Origin: an uncultured Bacteroidales bacterium
Lineage (GTDB): Bacteria; Bacteroidota; Bacteroidia; Bacteroidales; JAAYJT01
NCBI GenBank assembly: GCA_964349765.1
Contig: CAYGGZ010000001.1
Span: 313,282-377,281, forward strand
Reading direction: 5' to 3'
Length of the DNA: 64,000 nt
Within the stretch, counting starts at the first letter, position 1, and each line of letters begins with the position of its first letter. The notes under the pieces were generated by a model that was not told the origin of the DNA, ran no database searches, and saw only the letters and a list, made by a program, of their open reading frames with translations. Shown here piece after piece: positions 42,405-53,397 of this stretch. The position numbers and the translations under genes are program-made.

Positions 42405-43046
42405 ATGGCTGGCGAAATCGTACGAGAAATGGTCAAAGAGAACATGATGGATGGATATGAAAAGATTGACATCTATAACCCCGAGATTATAAAGAAACTT
42501 TCCTATCATTACGCTGAAATCATCAAACTGATTGGCGAAGATGTTAAACGCGAAGGACTTGAAAAAACTCCGGAACGTGTAGCAAAAGCAATACAGTTTC
42601 TTACTCACGGATACGACCTTCACCCTGACGAGATCATACTCTCAGCACGGTTCAGGGAAGATTACAAAGAAATGGTTATTGTTAAAGACATTGAGCTGTA
42701 TTCAATGTGCGAACACCACATGCTGCCGTTTTTCGGGAAGGCTCATGTGGGTTATATTCCAAACGAACACATAGTTGGCCTTAGCAAGATACCCCGTGTT
42801 GTTGATGCTTTTGCACGCAGGTTGCAGGTTCAGGAAAGGCTCACGCGCGAAATCAAGGAAAGTGTTTTTCGCACATTAAAACCTTTGGGCGTAGCTGTTG
42901 TTATCGAAGCTGTGCACATGTGCATGTCAATGCGTGGTATTCAAAAACAAAACAGCGTAACAACAACGTCCGACTTCACGGGAGCTTTCACCATCGAAAA
43001 AACCCGTTCGGAATTCCTTCACCTTATCAGTTCAAAATTGCACTGA
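42405..43046 (+). CDS. folE: GTP cyclohydrolase I
   Basis: Zinc/active-site context [10 protein letters not shown], plus QVQERLT. Confidence 0.95.
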   Translation: MAGEIVREMVKENMMDGYEKIDIYNPEIIKKLSYHYAEIIKLIGEDVKREGLEKTPERVAKAIQFLTHGYDLHPDEIILSARFREDYKEMVIVKDIELYSMCEHHMLPFFGKAHVGYIPNEHIVGLSKIPRVVDAFARRLQVQERLTREIKESVFRTLKPLGVAVVIEAVHMCMSMRGIQKQNSVTTTSDFTGAFTIEKTRSEFLHLISSKLH

Positions 43047-43062
43047 GATAAACCATCTTACC

Positions 43063-43953
43063 ATGAGCAAAAAGGCATACATTTTCCCCGGACAGGGCGC
43101 ACAATTTCCCGGCATGGGTAAAGATTTGTTTGAAAAATTCAATTCTGCGCGCCGAATTTTTTTAAACGCCAACGATATTCTTGGTTTTAAGATAACAACG
43201 CTGATGTTTGAAGGCAGCGATGAAGACCTACGTCAAACTAAAGTAACCCAACCAGCTATTTTCCTGCACTCTGTTATCATTGCTACCTTACTTGGCGAAG
43301 AGTTTCAACCTGAAATGACAGCCGGCCACTCCCTCGGAGAATTTTCAGCTTTAGTGGCCTCAGGAGCCCTTTCGCTCGACAACGGCCTGAGTCTGGTTTA
43401 TGCGCGCGCAATGGCTATGCAAAAGGCATGCGAGGCAAATCCATCAACAATGGCCGCCATCATTGGCCTCGACGACAAGGTTGCTGAAGAAGTTTTGTCA
43501 GAAATAGGTGAAGTGGTCGTACCTGCTAATTACAACAGCCCCGGTCAACTTGTTATCTCAGGATCTGTAAAGGGCGTGGAACTTGCTTGTGAAAAGCTGA
43601 AGGCTGCAGGAGCAAAGAGAGCACTTCCGCTCAAGGTTGGCGGAGCGTTTCACTCGCCGCTGATGGAGCCAGCACGGCTTGAATTGGCTCAAGCAATTGA
43701 AAAAACGCCTTTCCAAACTCCAATGTGTCCAATTTACCAGAATGTTAATGCGCTTCCTTCGACTGAACCGGACATCATCAAGGCCAACTTGATAGCGCAA
43801 CTCACCTCGCCGGTCAGGTGGACTCAAACAGTACTTAATATGATAAACCATGGAGCACGAACCTTCATAGAAGTTGGTCCGGGAACCGTTTTACAGGGGT
43901 TGGTAAAAAAGACTGACCCAACAGTAGAGGCCTACAGCGCAATTTTAATGTAA
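43063..43953 (+). CDS. fabD: Malonyl-CoA:ACP transacylase
   Basis: FPGQGAQ..., active-site GHSLGEFSAL, GAFHSPLM. Confidence 0.95.
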   Translation: MSKKAYIFPGQGAQFPGMGKDLFEKFNSARRIFLNANDILGFKITTLMFEGSDEDLRQTKVTQPAIFLHSVIIATLLGEEFQPEMTAGHSLGEFSALVASGALSLDNGLSLVYARAMAMQKACEANPSTMAAIIGLDDKVAEEVLSEIGEVVVPANYNSPGQLVISGSVKGVELACEKLKAAGAKRALPLKVGGAFHSPLMEPARLELAQAIEKTPFQTPMCPIYQNVNALPSTEPDIIKANLIAQLTSPVRWTQTVLNMINHGARTFIEVGPGTVLQGLVKKTDPTVEAYSAILM

Positions 43954-44007
43954 AAAAAGCCGGACGCTCATTGCACGCCCGGCCTCATTTTGAAGCTCTT
44001 AATCTGA

Positions 44008-46917
44008 TCAATATCCAAAGATATCTTCTCTTGTCAGCCTGATAAGCGTACCATAGCGTTGTTGCAGTTTATCGAAATCCATATGAGCTTCATTGCTAAG
44101 TATAACGTACGTTTTTGGACGGTTGCGGATGAATTTATGGTTAAAAGCTTCCACATCCTGGAGCGTCATGGTTGGAATCTGCTCCCACAATTTCGTTCTT
44201 ATATCGAAGTTGCGGTTCATTCTGCGAGCCGAAAGATAATCCCAAACTATACCCATCCTTGTGATTCGGTTGGTTGCTATTTCACTCAGGATTGACTCCT
44301 GTGCAAGCTGAAATGCTTTTTCTGAAAGAGGCATGCTGTCGAACAGTTCGTTAAATGCATCAAATGCATCAATAACCTTATCGTTTTGAGTAGCAATAAA
44401 GCCGGTATTCATAAATGGGTCGTTAGGTCTGGCTGGTGTGGCGTATCGTGATCGAGCAGTGTAAGCAAGCCCGCGTCGTTCGCGAAGTTCCTGGAAAACT
44501 ATTGCATTCATCCCACCGCCAAAGTAGGCATTGTAGAGGCTGGCTTCAGGGATCAGGTTCATATCATAATCCACACCACGGCTGATAGTTTGCAGAAACG
44601 CTTGGTTGGCGTCGTAATGGGCAAAGAACACACGGTTGTCATCGGTAGGTTGAATTTCGAACAGGATAGGTTCAGGTGCAGTGAGCATGCGGCGAGGAAC
44701 CTTGTGTTCTCTTTGAACCAGCCTTCTGGCATCCCTGAGGCTTAACGGGCCATAATAAATCACCGTATGAGGATAGCTGTTCAGGTTGCGGATGATGCTG
44801 ATCAAATCCTGAGGTGTTAAAGCTTTTAGCTGAGCTTCGCTAAGTATATTGGTGGTTGGCGATAGCGGGCCAAAAGTGGCATAATTAACCAGGGCCTGAA
44901 AATTAGCATTCTGGTTTGCTTTTGCATCGGCACGTGCTTTCAGGATCGTAGCTACTAAATTATCAAGTGCCTTCTGATTCGGCTGGCAGTCGACAAGCAA
45001 CTCCTCGAGGAGCCTGACCGCTTTTTCCTGATTCTCACTTAAACCGCTAAGAGAGATGGAGGTTTGATCCCTTGTAGCTGTTACCGAAAAGGTACAGGCA
45101 AGCTTAAAAAATTCCTGGCTTATTTCCTCAGAGCTTAATCGCGACGTTCCCAGGAACTGTAGGTATTGAGCGGCAAGGTTAATCATCTTATCATGATCAC
45201 TTCCGAAATCGAAATAATAAATCAGGTTAAAAGTTGCATTTTCAGTGTTTTGAACATAGAGCATTTCCAAGCCATTGCGGAGTCTGGTGCGGGTAAGATC
45301 CTTTGAATAATCGAGAAACACCGGCTTAATAGGCTCTACTACTGTGTTTTTGACCTTTCTGAAGAACTCCGACTCGGCGTCGCGGTTAATATGCACAGGA
45401 GTGATAGACGGTTTTGCTACCAGTCCTAAATCGCCGGGCATTCCCTGACGCTTATAAACTACAACGTAATTATTGCCCAGCTTTTCGTTAGCTTTTGCTA
45501 CAAGTTCTTCTTTGGTAACTGCGTTGAGCCTGGCAATATATGTTACGGCATCGCTCCACGGAATATTACGTATAAAGCTCATTGCCATGCTCATTGCGCG
45601 GCCTGCATTGGTTTCGAACCGCTTCATCTCCCGAAGCTTCAGGTTGTTTACGGCAGCCTCAAGCATCCAATCGGGAAACTCCCCTTTTTGAAGAAGTTCA
45701 ACTTGTTCGAGTAAAAGATCGCGTACTTCTTCAAGTGTTTGCCCTCTTCTGTTACCCGCACTTAACACAAGCGCCGAATGGTCGTTTAAAGTCATAAAGT
45801 GAGCATTAGCCCATTGAGCACGCTGTTTCTGGTTGATGTTTAAGTCAATTAGTCCGGCTTCTCCGTTTGAGAGCATCATTGCAAGCATATCGCCTAACAG
45901 AGCTTCGTGGGTGCCGGCTCCGGCAAAACGATAAGCAATCCGCACGTTTTCAGCCTCCTGCCCAATAACTTCAACTTCTTTTGGCGAAAGAATAGGCTCC
46001 TCTTCTTTGATAACAAAGTCTGGAACTTTGCCGGCAGGCAACTGGCCTAATGTGCGGTTAATGATTTCCACAGCTTTGTCTGGGTCAAAATCGCCCGAAA
46101 GGGCTATTGCTATGTTGCTTGGTACGTAATAAGTTGCAAAAAATTCCCTGATATTTTTCATTGACGGATTCTTCAGATGCTCAGCCTCTCCTAATGTTGT
46201 TTGCTGCCCATAAGGATGATTTGGAAACAAAGCACGTAGCATTGCCTCACTCGCCCTACGGCTATCGTTGGTAAGCGACATATTCTTTTCTTCATATACC
46301 GTTTCAAGTTCGGTGTGAAATAAGCGTAGAACATTGTGTTTAAACCTGTCGTGCTGTATTACAGCCCAGTTTTCCAGTTGGTTCGAGGGGATACTTTCTA
46401 TGTAAATCGTAAAATCGTGCGAAGTTCCTGCATTTGTGCCTTGCGAACCAATAGCTGTCATCAGCTTGTCGTATTCATTTGGAATTGCCAGCTTTGATGC
46501 TATGAACGAAATGCTGTCAATTTTTCGATAGATTGCTGTGCGTATTTCCGGATCGGTTTCTACCCTAAACTTTTCGAACAGCTTTTCGATTTTTTCAATC
46601 AAGGGGCGTTCTGCTTCCCAGTCAATGGTTCCGAAATTGGGCGTACCCTTAAACATCATGTGCTCAAAGTAATGAGCAAGCCCGGTGGTTTCGGCAGGGT
46701 CGTTCTTACTGCCTGCCCTTACGGCAATGTACGTCTGAATGCGAGGCTCATCTTTAAAAACAGAGGTGAACACTGTCAGCCCGTTGTTGAGGGTGTAGAT
46801 GCGGGCGTTTAGCGGATCGCCCGGAACAGTCTCAAATGGAATTGAGCCTTGAGCAAAAACCACTACAGAGCTGCAGGTAATTGCCAACAGCAACAAGTGT
46901 TGGGTCAGAGTTTTCAT
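44008..46917 (-). CDS. M16 family (insulinase-like) zinc peptidase, secreted
   Basis: The ATG at 46917 gives the signal peptide MKTLTQHLLLLAITCSSVVVFAQG. Inverted zinc motif HYFEHMMFKG (HxxEH). Two M16 active/inactive domain pairs (969 aa). Confidence 0.85.
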   Translation of the reverse strand: MKTLTQHLLLLAITCSSVVVFAQGSIPFETVPGDPLNARIYTLNNGLTVFTSVFKDEPRIQTYIAVRAGSKNDPAETTGLAHYFEHMMFKGTPNFGTIDWEAERPLIEKIEKLFEKFRVETDPEIRTAIYRKIDSISFIASKLAIPNEYDKLMTAIGSQGTNAGTSHDFTIYIESIPSNQLENWAVIQHDRFKHNVLRLFHTELETVYEEKNMSLTNDSRRASEAMLRALFPNHPYGQQTTLGEAEHLKNPSMKNIREFFATYYVPSNIAIALSGDFDPDKAVEIINRTLGQLPAGKVPDFVIKEEEPILSPKEVEVIGQEAENVRIAYRFAGAGTHEALLGDMLAMMLSNGEAGLIDLNINQKQRAQWANAHFMTLNDHSALVLSAGNRRGQTLEEVRDLLLEQVELLQKGEFPDWMLEAAVNNLKLREMKRFETNAGRAMSMAMSFIRNIPWSDAVTYIARLNAVTKEELVAKANEKLGNNYVVVYKRQGMPGDLGLVAKPSITPVHINRDAESEFFRKVKNTVVEPIKPVFLDYSKDLTRTRLRNGLEMLYVQNTENATFNLIYYFDFGSDHDKMINLAAQYLQFLGTSRLSSEEISQEFFKLACTFSVTATRDQTSISLSGLSENQEKAVRLLEELLVDCQPNQKALDNLVATILKARADAKANQNANFQALVNYATFGPLSPTTNILSEAQLKALTPQDLISIIRNLNSYPHTVIYYGPLSLRDARRLVQREHKVPRRMLTAPEPILFEIQPTDDNRVFFAHYDANQAFLQTISRGVDYDMNLIPEASLYNAYFGGGMNAIVFQELRERRGLAYTARSRYATPARPNDPFMNTGFIATQNDKVIDAFDAFNELFDSMPLSEKAFQLAQESILSEIATNRITRMGIVWDYLSARRMNRNFDIRTKLWEQIPTMTLQDVEAFNHKFIRNRPKTYVILSNEAHMDFDKLQQRYGTLIRLTREDIFGY

Positions 46918-47024
46918 AATCGTAAATGTATTTGTGATGATAATAATGAACGCAACAGCTATTTTATGGCCACATGTAAACATGAGCCATGCAAAAATAA
47001 GCAAATCAGCATTGCACCTAACAA

Positions 47025-47057
47025 TAAACCCAGATTAAGCATTTGACAATACTTAAA
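47025..47057. repeat. Rep1 family, partial copy (right-arm core only)
   Basis: aaacccagattaagcatttgacaatacttaaac matches 13714-13745 (aaccacggctaagcatttgacaatacttaatc). Confidence 0.7.
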
Positions 47058-47209
47058 CGTTTTAGTTCGTGTTGAAACACCCTTCGGGGGAGACATGAAG
47101 CCCGAATTGGTTAATTTTGCAGTTGTAATCTGCAAAATTTCTGAAGGGAGAAGAGCTAACCGGTTTATATTTTTCGTGCGAGCCTGCAGTTCACATTGCG
47201 CAAAGGTTA

Positions 47210-50200
47210 TTGCACAGTTCTGGAGCCATGGTTCACATCAAGGGGCTTGCAGGTTCATCGGAGGCGCTTATGGCAGCGGCGGTTTACCGCACCTTCCGAA
47301 ACTCAATGCTTGTGATTAAAGAGGATAAAGAACAGGCAGCATATTTTTTGAACGATCTTGAAAACATTTTTGGAGAAACAGAGCTGGCATTCCATCGCAA
47401 GCAGGTATTGTTTTATCCAACAGCCTACCGTCGCCTTTACGAAGTCGAGAAAACCGACAATGCCAATGTGCTGCTTCGCACAGAGGTACTAAAACGACTT
47501 GGCGCCTCATCACGCCCGGCTATAATCGTTACTTATCCTGAAGCCCTGAGCGAGAAAGTGGTTAACAGAAATTTTATCAGCAAGCATACTCTACGGCTTA
47601 GGTGCGGAGAAGCCGTAACTATGGATTTTGTTACCGACCTGCTCCTCGAATACGGCTTTGAACGGACTGATTTCGTGATTGAACCAGGGCAGTTTGCAAT
47701 TCGTGGCGGGCTTGTTGATCTCTACTCCTATTCAAACGATCATCCATTCAGAATAGAGTTTGATGCTGAAAAAGTTGAATCTATTCGCTCGTTTAATCCG
47801 CTGACGCAGCTAAGTATTGATCGACTCGACCACATCACGGTGATACCAAACCTTCAAGATCGCTCGCTTGGCGAAAACAGGCTTCCTTTTGTTGCGTTTC
47901 TTCCCGAAAAATCAGCCATTTGGATCACAAACGTATTGCAGGCAACAAATAAGATTTCCAGAGAATTTGATAAGGCTGCAGAAGCGTTCGGCAATCTCAG
48001 CAGCCCAATAAAACATATACCTCCGGCTGAATTATTTTGCACTGGCGAGGAGTTTTTAAGGCAATTAATCGGTTTTCCGCAGATTCATAGCGGAATGGAA
48101 CGGGCGACTGAACAGATGGAACAGATACAATTCCACACAACGCCGCAGCCGGCTTTCAATAAAAATATTGACCTTCTGTTCAACGATTTGAACGAAAACC
48201 GCAGAAAGGGATACCGGAATATTCTTTTAGCAGCCAATTCAAAACAACAGGAACGGTTGATGTTGATTTTCGACGATCTGGCACACAACCGCCTTACCGA
48301 TGCCTCTTCTCTATTCGACACAATCACACTTTCGTTGCACGAAGGCTTTGCTGATCACGACAAAAAGCTTATATGCTACACCGACCACCAGATTTTCGAG
48401 CGTTATCACCGTTTCCGCCTTCGTGATGGGTTCGCAAGCCGGCAGGCATTTACACTTAAAGAACTTTGCGATCTCAAGCCTGGCGACTATGTTACTCATG
48501 TTGACCACGGTATCGGAAGGTTTGAAGGGCTGGAGAAGATTCAGGTTAACGGCAAGCAACAGGAAGCTATACGATTGACCTACAAGGGAAACGACCTTCT
48601 TTACGTAAGCATACACTCGCTTCATCGCATCAGCAAATACTCAGGCAAGGATGGCGCGGTTCCAGCCATTGACCGTCTCGGATCATCGGCATGGAAGAAC
48701 CTGAAAAGCCGCACAAAACAAAGAGTTAAAGATATTGCCCGCGAACTGATAGCTCTCTATGCAAAACGCAGGGCATCACAAGGCGTGACTTTCTCGCCCG
48801 ATACATATCTGCAACACGAACTCGAAGCCTCATTTATTTACGAAGACACACCCGATCAGATCAAAACCACTGCCGATGTTAAAAAAGACATGGAGGCCAG
48901 CTTTCCGATGGACCGCCTTGTTTGCGGAGATGTGGGATTTGGAAAAACAGAAATAGCCATCAGGGCAGCATTCAAGGCCGTGGCTGAGTCGAAACAGGTA
49001 GCCGTATTGGTTCCCACTACCATATTAGCGTTGCAACATTACCAAACATTCAACGGACGATTGGCTGATTTTCCGTGCCGCATAGATTATATCAACCGCT
49101 TCAAGAGCAGCGCCGAACAGAAAAAAACGCTTGCAGGAATAAAAAACGGAACTATTGATATTCTGATAGGCACACATAGAATTTTAAGCAAAGATATTGA
49201 GTTCAAAGAGTTAGGACTGCTGATTGTTGACGAAGAGCAAAAGTTTGGAGTAGCCTCCAAGGAGAAACTTCGCAATCTGAAGGTTAATGTTGATACCCTC
49301 ACACTTACTGCGACCCCAATACCAAGAACTCTACAGTTCTCGCTGATGGGAGCCCGCGACCTGAGCGTAATAAACACCCCGCCACCCAACAGATATCCGG
49401 TTCAAACAGAAATACATCCATTTAATGAAGAGGTCATTCGCGATGCAATCCGATATGAGATTTCAAGAGGCGGACAGGTTTTTTTCGTGAATAACCGCAT
49501 CATGAATATTAGGGAATTGGCTGGGATTATTCAGCGATTAATACCCGATGCTTCAGTTGCTATCGCTCATGGGCAGATGGAAGGTTCGAAGCTGGAAAAA
49601 ATAATGCTCGACTTCATCAGCGGACGATACGATGTGCTGGTTACTACTGCCATCATCGAATCAGGACTTGATATCCCAAATGCCAACACTATCATCATAA
49701 ATGAGGCACATCATTTCGGACTTAGCGACCTTCACCAGCTACGCGGCAGAGTTGGACGTTCAAACAAAAAGGCATTCTGCTATTTGCTGGCTCCACCTCT
49801 ATCGCTCCTCACCGACGAGGCAAGAAAACGCCTCAAAGCTATTGAGGAATTTGCCGACCTTGGAAGCGGATTAAGTATCGCTATGCGCGATCTCGATATA
49901 CGAGGCGCAGGAAATATATTGGGAGCAGAACAGAGCGGTTTTATCAGCGAAATAGGACTCGAAATGTATCAGCGAATCTTAGACGAAGCTATTGCCGAGT
50001 TGAAGGAAACTGAATTCAGCGATATCTTTAGCCCGTCAGAAACCAAAACATATGTGCGCGATTGCCAGATTGAAACCGATCTTGAAATCCTTTTACCCGA
50101 TGAGTATGTTTCAAGCGTTGCCGAAAGGCTAAACCTTTACAAAGAACTTGATAACATTAATAACGAGAACGATTTAAATGGCTTTACTGAACGATTGATC

Positions 50201-50512
50201 GACCGCTTTGGCGTTATACCGCCTCCAACTCAGGAATTGATCAACACCATCCGCCTGAGATGGATCGCAAAAGAGATCGGGTTCGAAAAAATTGTACTCA
50301 AAAACAGCCTCCTTGCAGGTTACTTCATCGCAAATCCTGAATCCGGATACTATAGCAGCAATCTGTTTACGCATGTGCTCGATTATGTGAAAAGCAATAC
50401 ACGAAGCTGCAAACTAAAGGAACACAATCAAAAGCTGAGTCTGCAGTTTTATAATGTTCAAGGTGTTGGTGATGCCATCAGCATACTTTCTGAAGTGGTA
50501 GCAAACAAATAA
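47210..50512 (+). CDS. mfd: Transcription-repair coupling factor Mfd
   Basis: 1100 aa. Walker A GDVGFGKTE, DEEQKFG, QLRGRVGRS, C-terminal TRCF domain. The start is uncertain. The track start is a TTG, an ATG follows at 47228, and the frame is open upstream to 47129 without a canonical start. Confidence 0.95.
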   Translation: MHSSGAMVHIKGLAGSSEALMAAAVYRTFRNSMLVIKEDKEQAAYFLNDLENIFGETELAFHRKQVLFYPTAYRRLYEVEKTDNANVLLRTEVLKRLGASSRPAIIVTYPEALSEKVVNRNFISKHTLRLRCGEAVTMDFVTDLLLEYGFERTDFVIEPGQFAIRGGLVDLYSYSNDHPFRIEFDAEKVESIRSFNPLTQLSIDRLDHITVIPNLQDRSLGENRLPFVAFLPEKSAIWITNVLQATNKISREFDKAAEAFGNLSSPIKHIPPAELFCTGEEFLRQLIGFPQIHSGMERATEQMEQIQFHTTPQPAFNKNIDLLFNDLNENRRKGYRNILLAANSKQQERLMLIFDDLAHNRLTDASSLFDTITLSLHEGFADHDKKLICYTDHQIFERYHRFRLRDGFASRQAFTLKELCDLKPGDYVTHVDHGIGRFEGLEKIQVNGKQQEAIRLTYKGNDLLYVSIHSLHRISKYSGKDGAVPAIDRLGSSAWKNLKSRTKQRVKDIARELIALYAKRRASQGVTFSPDTYLQHELEASFIYEDTPDQIKTTADVKKDMEASFPMDRLVCGDVGFGKTEIAIRAAFKAVAESKQVAVLVPTTILALQHYQTFNGRLADFPCRIDYINRFKSSAEQKKTLAGIKNGTIDILIGTHRILSKDIEFKELGLLIVDEEQKFGVASKEKLRNLKVNVDTLTLTATPIPRTLQFSLMGARDLSVINTPPPNRYPVQTEIHPFNEEVIRDAIRYEISRGGQVFFVNNRIMNIRELAGIIQRLIPDASVAIAHGQMEGSKLEKIMLDFISGRYDVLVTTAIIESGLDIPNANTIIINEAHHFGLSDLHQLRGRVGRSNKKAFCYLLAPPLSLLTDEARKRLKAIEEFADLGSGLSIAMRDLDIRGAGNILGAEQSGFISEIGLEMYQRILDEAIAELKETEFSDIFSPSETKTYVRDCQIETDLEILLPDEYVSSVAERLNLYKELDNINNENDLNGFTERLIDRFGVIPPPTQELINTIRLRWIAKEIGFEKIVLKNSLLAGYFIANPESGYYSSNLFTHVLDYVKSNTRSCKLKEHNQKLSLQFYNVQGVGDAISILSEVVANK

Positions 50513-50910
50513 GCAGCATAGTGTAGCTTTTTAGCCAATTTATTTTTCAGGGATTAATTCGAACCAATACATAGTCCGATAAAAAGAAAACATGTTCCAC
50601 TCTGAACCGGAAAAGTTAATTCCATTCGCGTGGTTTGACCCTTGTGGTGAATAGTCTGCTTGAAGCACCGAAAACAAAATGGCGATTGATAACCAACTGT
50701 ACATTTACTACACGGTTATGGTGTTAATCCCTGAAGATAAGCGTGCGGCGAATTGCCTTTTCAGCGAAAAATTACTACTTCCTTTTCGTGAGAATGGTAT
50801 AAAAGTCGTGAACGAGAGATATATTCATGGCTCCATTACAAAAATTTCGCAGAAAAGATTTTTAATCATCTAAAAATCAGTAGGTTTAAGCGCTAACTTT
50901 TGTTGCAGAA

Positions 50911-53211
50911 CTATAACGTAGCCCCTATGCTTATGAAGAAAGATCTGCCGTTTGCTGGCAACAAACCTGGTCCGGGGTATCCGCCAGCTCTTCGGGTAGC
51001 ATACGCCACATCAGTGAGATTATTAACACCTGCCCTCAGGTTGTAATTCCTCAGGAAATTATAAGTGAGCGATGCATCAATTACTGTAAAACCTGGAATT
51101 TTTCCGACGGTTCCATTGGCATTCGGTTCTATGGTGTTAACGGCATCGGTAAATACCATTCCTGTATGATTCAATTGGAACGAAGCCGATAAACTACCCA
51201 ACTGGTAGTTAACACCATATCGCGCAATGGTTCTTGGGGCATTTTCCACGCGTTTGCCTTCAATTGCTCGTGCAGGGTCGGCTTGTATTAAAGGATTGTT
51301 CCACCTTGTGTATTCTGCGTGAATATATGCAAATGAGGTAAAAAGGGAAAGCTGTCCGAGGCGCGAATCACGAGATATCATACTGATTGGGTCAATTTCA
51401 ACAAACAACTCGGCTCCCTTACTTACCGAAGTTCCGATATTAGTGCGGAAAGGATTTCCATCACGTGTGATTGTCCCAATCCTATTGTTGTAGTACATAT
51501 AAAACCCGCCGATATCAAAGCATAGGAAATTATGCAATGTGCCTCTGAAACCGAGGTCGGCGTTGAAGCCGCTAACATCTTTCAAATCAGGATCAACCAC
51601 TTCGGTGGTTGCCGAAGGTGTGATTTCGGCAAACATTACCGGTCTGAAGGCCTGACTGAAGTTTGCATATATATTTGTGGTTGTGGTAGTTTGAAATTCA
51701 GTTCCTATTCCAAATAAAAGTATTCGGTTCTGACGCTTGTCGTCAGGAATGACACCTTCAGGTGTAGTATTGAAATGTCCGCTTGCTGTGCTGTTTATTA
51801 TTTCGTATCTGAGACCAGGGGTAATACTCAACCTGTTTCCAATCCTGAAAAGGTTTTCAACAAATACTGCATAGTTGTAGGTTGAAAAACTCAAATCACG
51901 CACATACTTCTTCCCGTTTTGCAGTTCTGTGAGCGAGATGTCAAAATCATTACCAGTAGTTCCGATTCCTAATTGCAGCCGGTCGGTTTGTCCTTTGTAT
52001 GCTCTGACCCCAGTTGCCAGAGTGCTCTTGTGGTTCAGTAGGTTATAGGATTTCAATAGACGGATTTCGGTTCCAAAGTTATTATAAAGGTCGCGGTCAA
52101 CCTGGCGTGGGTTATGTGAATTTAGAACTATATTAAAAGTATCGGCTGTAGTTATTGGACGCATAAACCCAACGCTGTTTCTCTCTGCAATTGTGTTGAA
52201 AGTTTTCATGCTCAACCTCATATCTTCGCTAAACTCATAGTTTAACGTAAAAGCAAGCACATTCCAGGGTGTGCTGAACCAGTTACGCTGCCGCAGGGAT
52301 TGCCTCGGGTTAATCTCAAACATCACATCGGTTAGACCGCCAGGTTGCTGGCTTTCGTAGTTCATTCCCGTATATTGAAATCCGATATCAAGTTGAGGAG
52401 TGAGAGCAACATTCACTGACAAAAAACCAGTGTTGATGTTGTAACGACTGTTTTGACGCCATCCATCAGCCCTACGGTGATGAAAATATCCGTAGTACGA
52501 TACATTGCCATAAGTGCCACCTACGGCATTAAACGAGTTGAAAAGTCCGTAAGAACCTACAGTTTGTTGCGATTCAAACTGAAAGCGTTTATCCTGAGGC
52601 GCTCTTTTTATTACAAAGTTAAGCAACCCTCCAAACTGGGGTCCAAAAGCCAGAGAGGCCGCCCCTCGAATAATCTCTATCCTCTCAACTGCTTCCATTG
52701 GGGGTGTGAAATAGGCTTCTGGGTATCCGAACACCTCCGAGGAAATATCGTATCCATTTTGCCGGACATTAAATTCCCAAGAACGATTGGGGTTCAATCC
52801 CCTTGTGGCAATGCCAAGCTGAATACCCGAACCGTCATTTTCCCAGATGGTGACACCAGGAACTTTTCCAAAGATCTGTCTCGGATTATTTATCGTTAGA
52901 TCGCCATCCATCGTTGCAACCCGAATTACTTCGTTTTTTTTTCCCGAGTAAATCACGGTTCCCTGAATTGCCGGCATACGCTCAACTTCATTTCTAGGTC
53001 CTTTACCAATTATTTCTACTTCCTCCAATTGTATCATAGGGGGATCATATACTACAATTGCAAATAAAGTGTCGTTGTCGGCCTCGGCTTTACGGCTGCT
53101 TAAAACAACCAAACTTACCAAAACAAGAGTAACTAATTTAAAGTATAGGTGCCGCTGGATCGGAAGAATCGCCACAGGAAGCATATTCTGGATTTTGATA
53201 TTAGGCTTCAT
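50911..53211 (-). CDS. TonB-dependent receptor
   Basis: 766 aa. N-terminal plug region (…VIRVATMDGDLTINNPRQIFGKVPGV..., IEIIRGAASLAFG) and a long beta-barrel with alternating-residue strands. Confidence 0.85.
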   Translation of the reverse strand: MKPNIKIQNMLPVAILPIQRHLYFKLVTLVLVSLVVLSSRKAEADNDTLFAIVVYDPPMIQLEEVEIIGKGPRNEVERMPAIQGTVIYSGKKNEVIRVATMDGDLTINNPRQIFGKVPGVTIWENDGSGIQLGIATRGLNPNRSWEFNVRQNGYDISSEVFGYPEAYFTPPMEAVERIEIIRGAASLAFGPQFGGLLNFVIKRAPQDKRFQFESQQTVGSYGLFNSFNAVGGTYGNVSYYGYFHHRRADGWRQNSRYNINTGFLSVNVALTPQLDIGFQYTGMNYESQQPGGLTDVMFEINPRQSLRQRNWFSTPWNVLAFTLNYEFSEDMRLSMKTFNTIAERNSVGFMRPITTADTFNIVLNSHNPRQVDRDLYNNFGTEIRLLKSYNLLNHKSTLATGVRAYKGQTDRLQLGIGTTGNDFDISLTELQNGKKYVRDLSFSTYNYAVFVENLFRIGNRLSITPGLRYEIINSTASGHFNTTPEGVIPDDKRQNRILLFGIGTEFQTTTTTNIYANFSQAFRPVMFAEITPSATTEVVDPDLKDVSGFNADLGFRGTLHNFLCFDIGGFYMYYNNRIGTITRDGNPFRTNIGTSVSKGAELFVEIDPISMISRDSRLGQLSLFTSFAYIHAEYTRWNNPLIQADPARAIEGKRVENAPRTIARYGVNYQLGSLSASFQLNHTGMVFTDAVNTIEPNANGTVGKIPGFTVIDASLTYNFLRNYNLRAGVNNLTDVAYATRRAGGYPGPGLLPANGRSFFISIGATL

Positions 53212-53397
53212 AGATGAAGATATAAAGTGGTTAGTAATCAGAAATAAAGCAATGATTTTGTTTTAACTATATGCTGTGTAATACCGGGTGCAAAGTTGAA
53301 TAGTACAATCAAAGGAGGCAATCCCTATTTGTTGGTATTTTGCATGATTTAGAAGGTTTAAAAGGCGAGGCATGCTATTTTAACACGCAACCGAGAC

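Noticed and set aside
43959-43983. Hairpin GCCGG...CCGGC between the convergent fabD and M16 peptidase genes as a terminator
   Set aside because: The stem is only 5-6 bp with a long loop and no clear T-tract. It is too weak to list as a feature.
47129-47209. Possible N-terminal extension of Mfd (in-frame ...EELTGLYFSCEPAVHIAQRLL... upstream of the called start)
   Set aside because: The frame is open and the peptide looks vaguely Mfd-like. However, no ATG/GTG/TTG start exists before 47210, and short Mfd N-termini, as in E. coli, are normal. This is not enough evidence for a frameshift or non-canonical start.
50679-50873. 64-aa ORF in the 400-nt gap between mfd and the 3' end of the TonB receptor gene
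   Set aside because: It has no motif, signal peptide or obvious translation signals. It cannot be supported from sequence alone.
53212-53397. Possible riboswitch (for example cobalamin) in the leader of the TonB-dependent receptor
   Set aside because: No B12-box-like or other recognisable riboswitch core was seen by eye. The gene appears co-transcribed with the upstream regulator pair.
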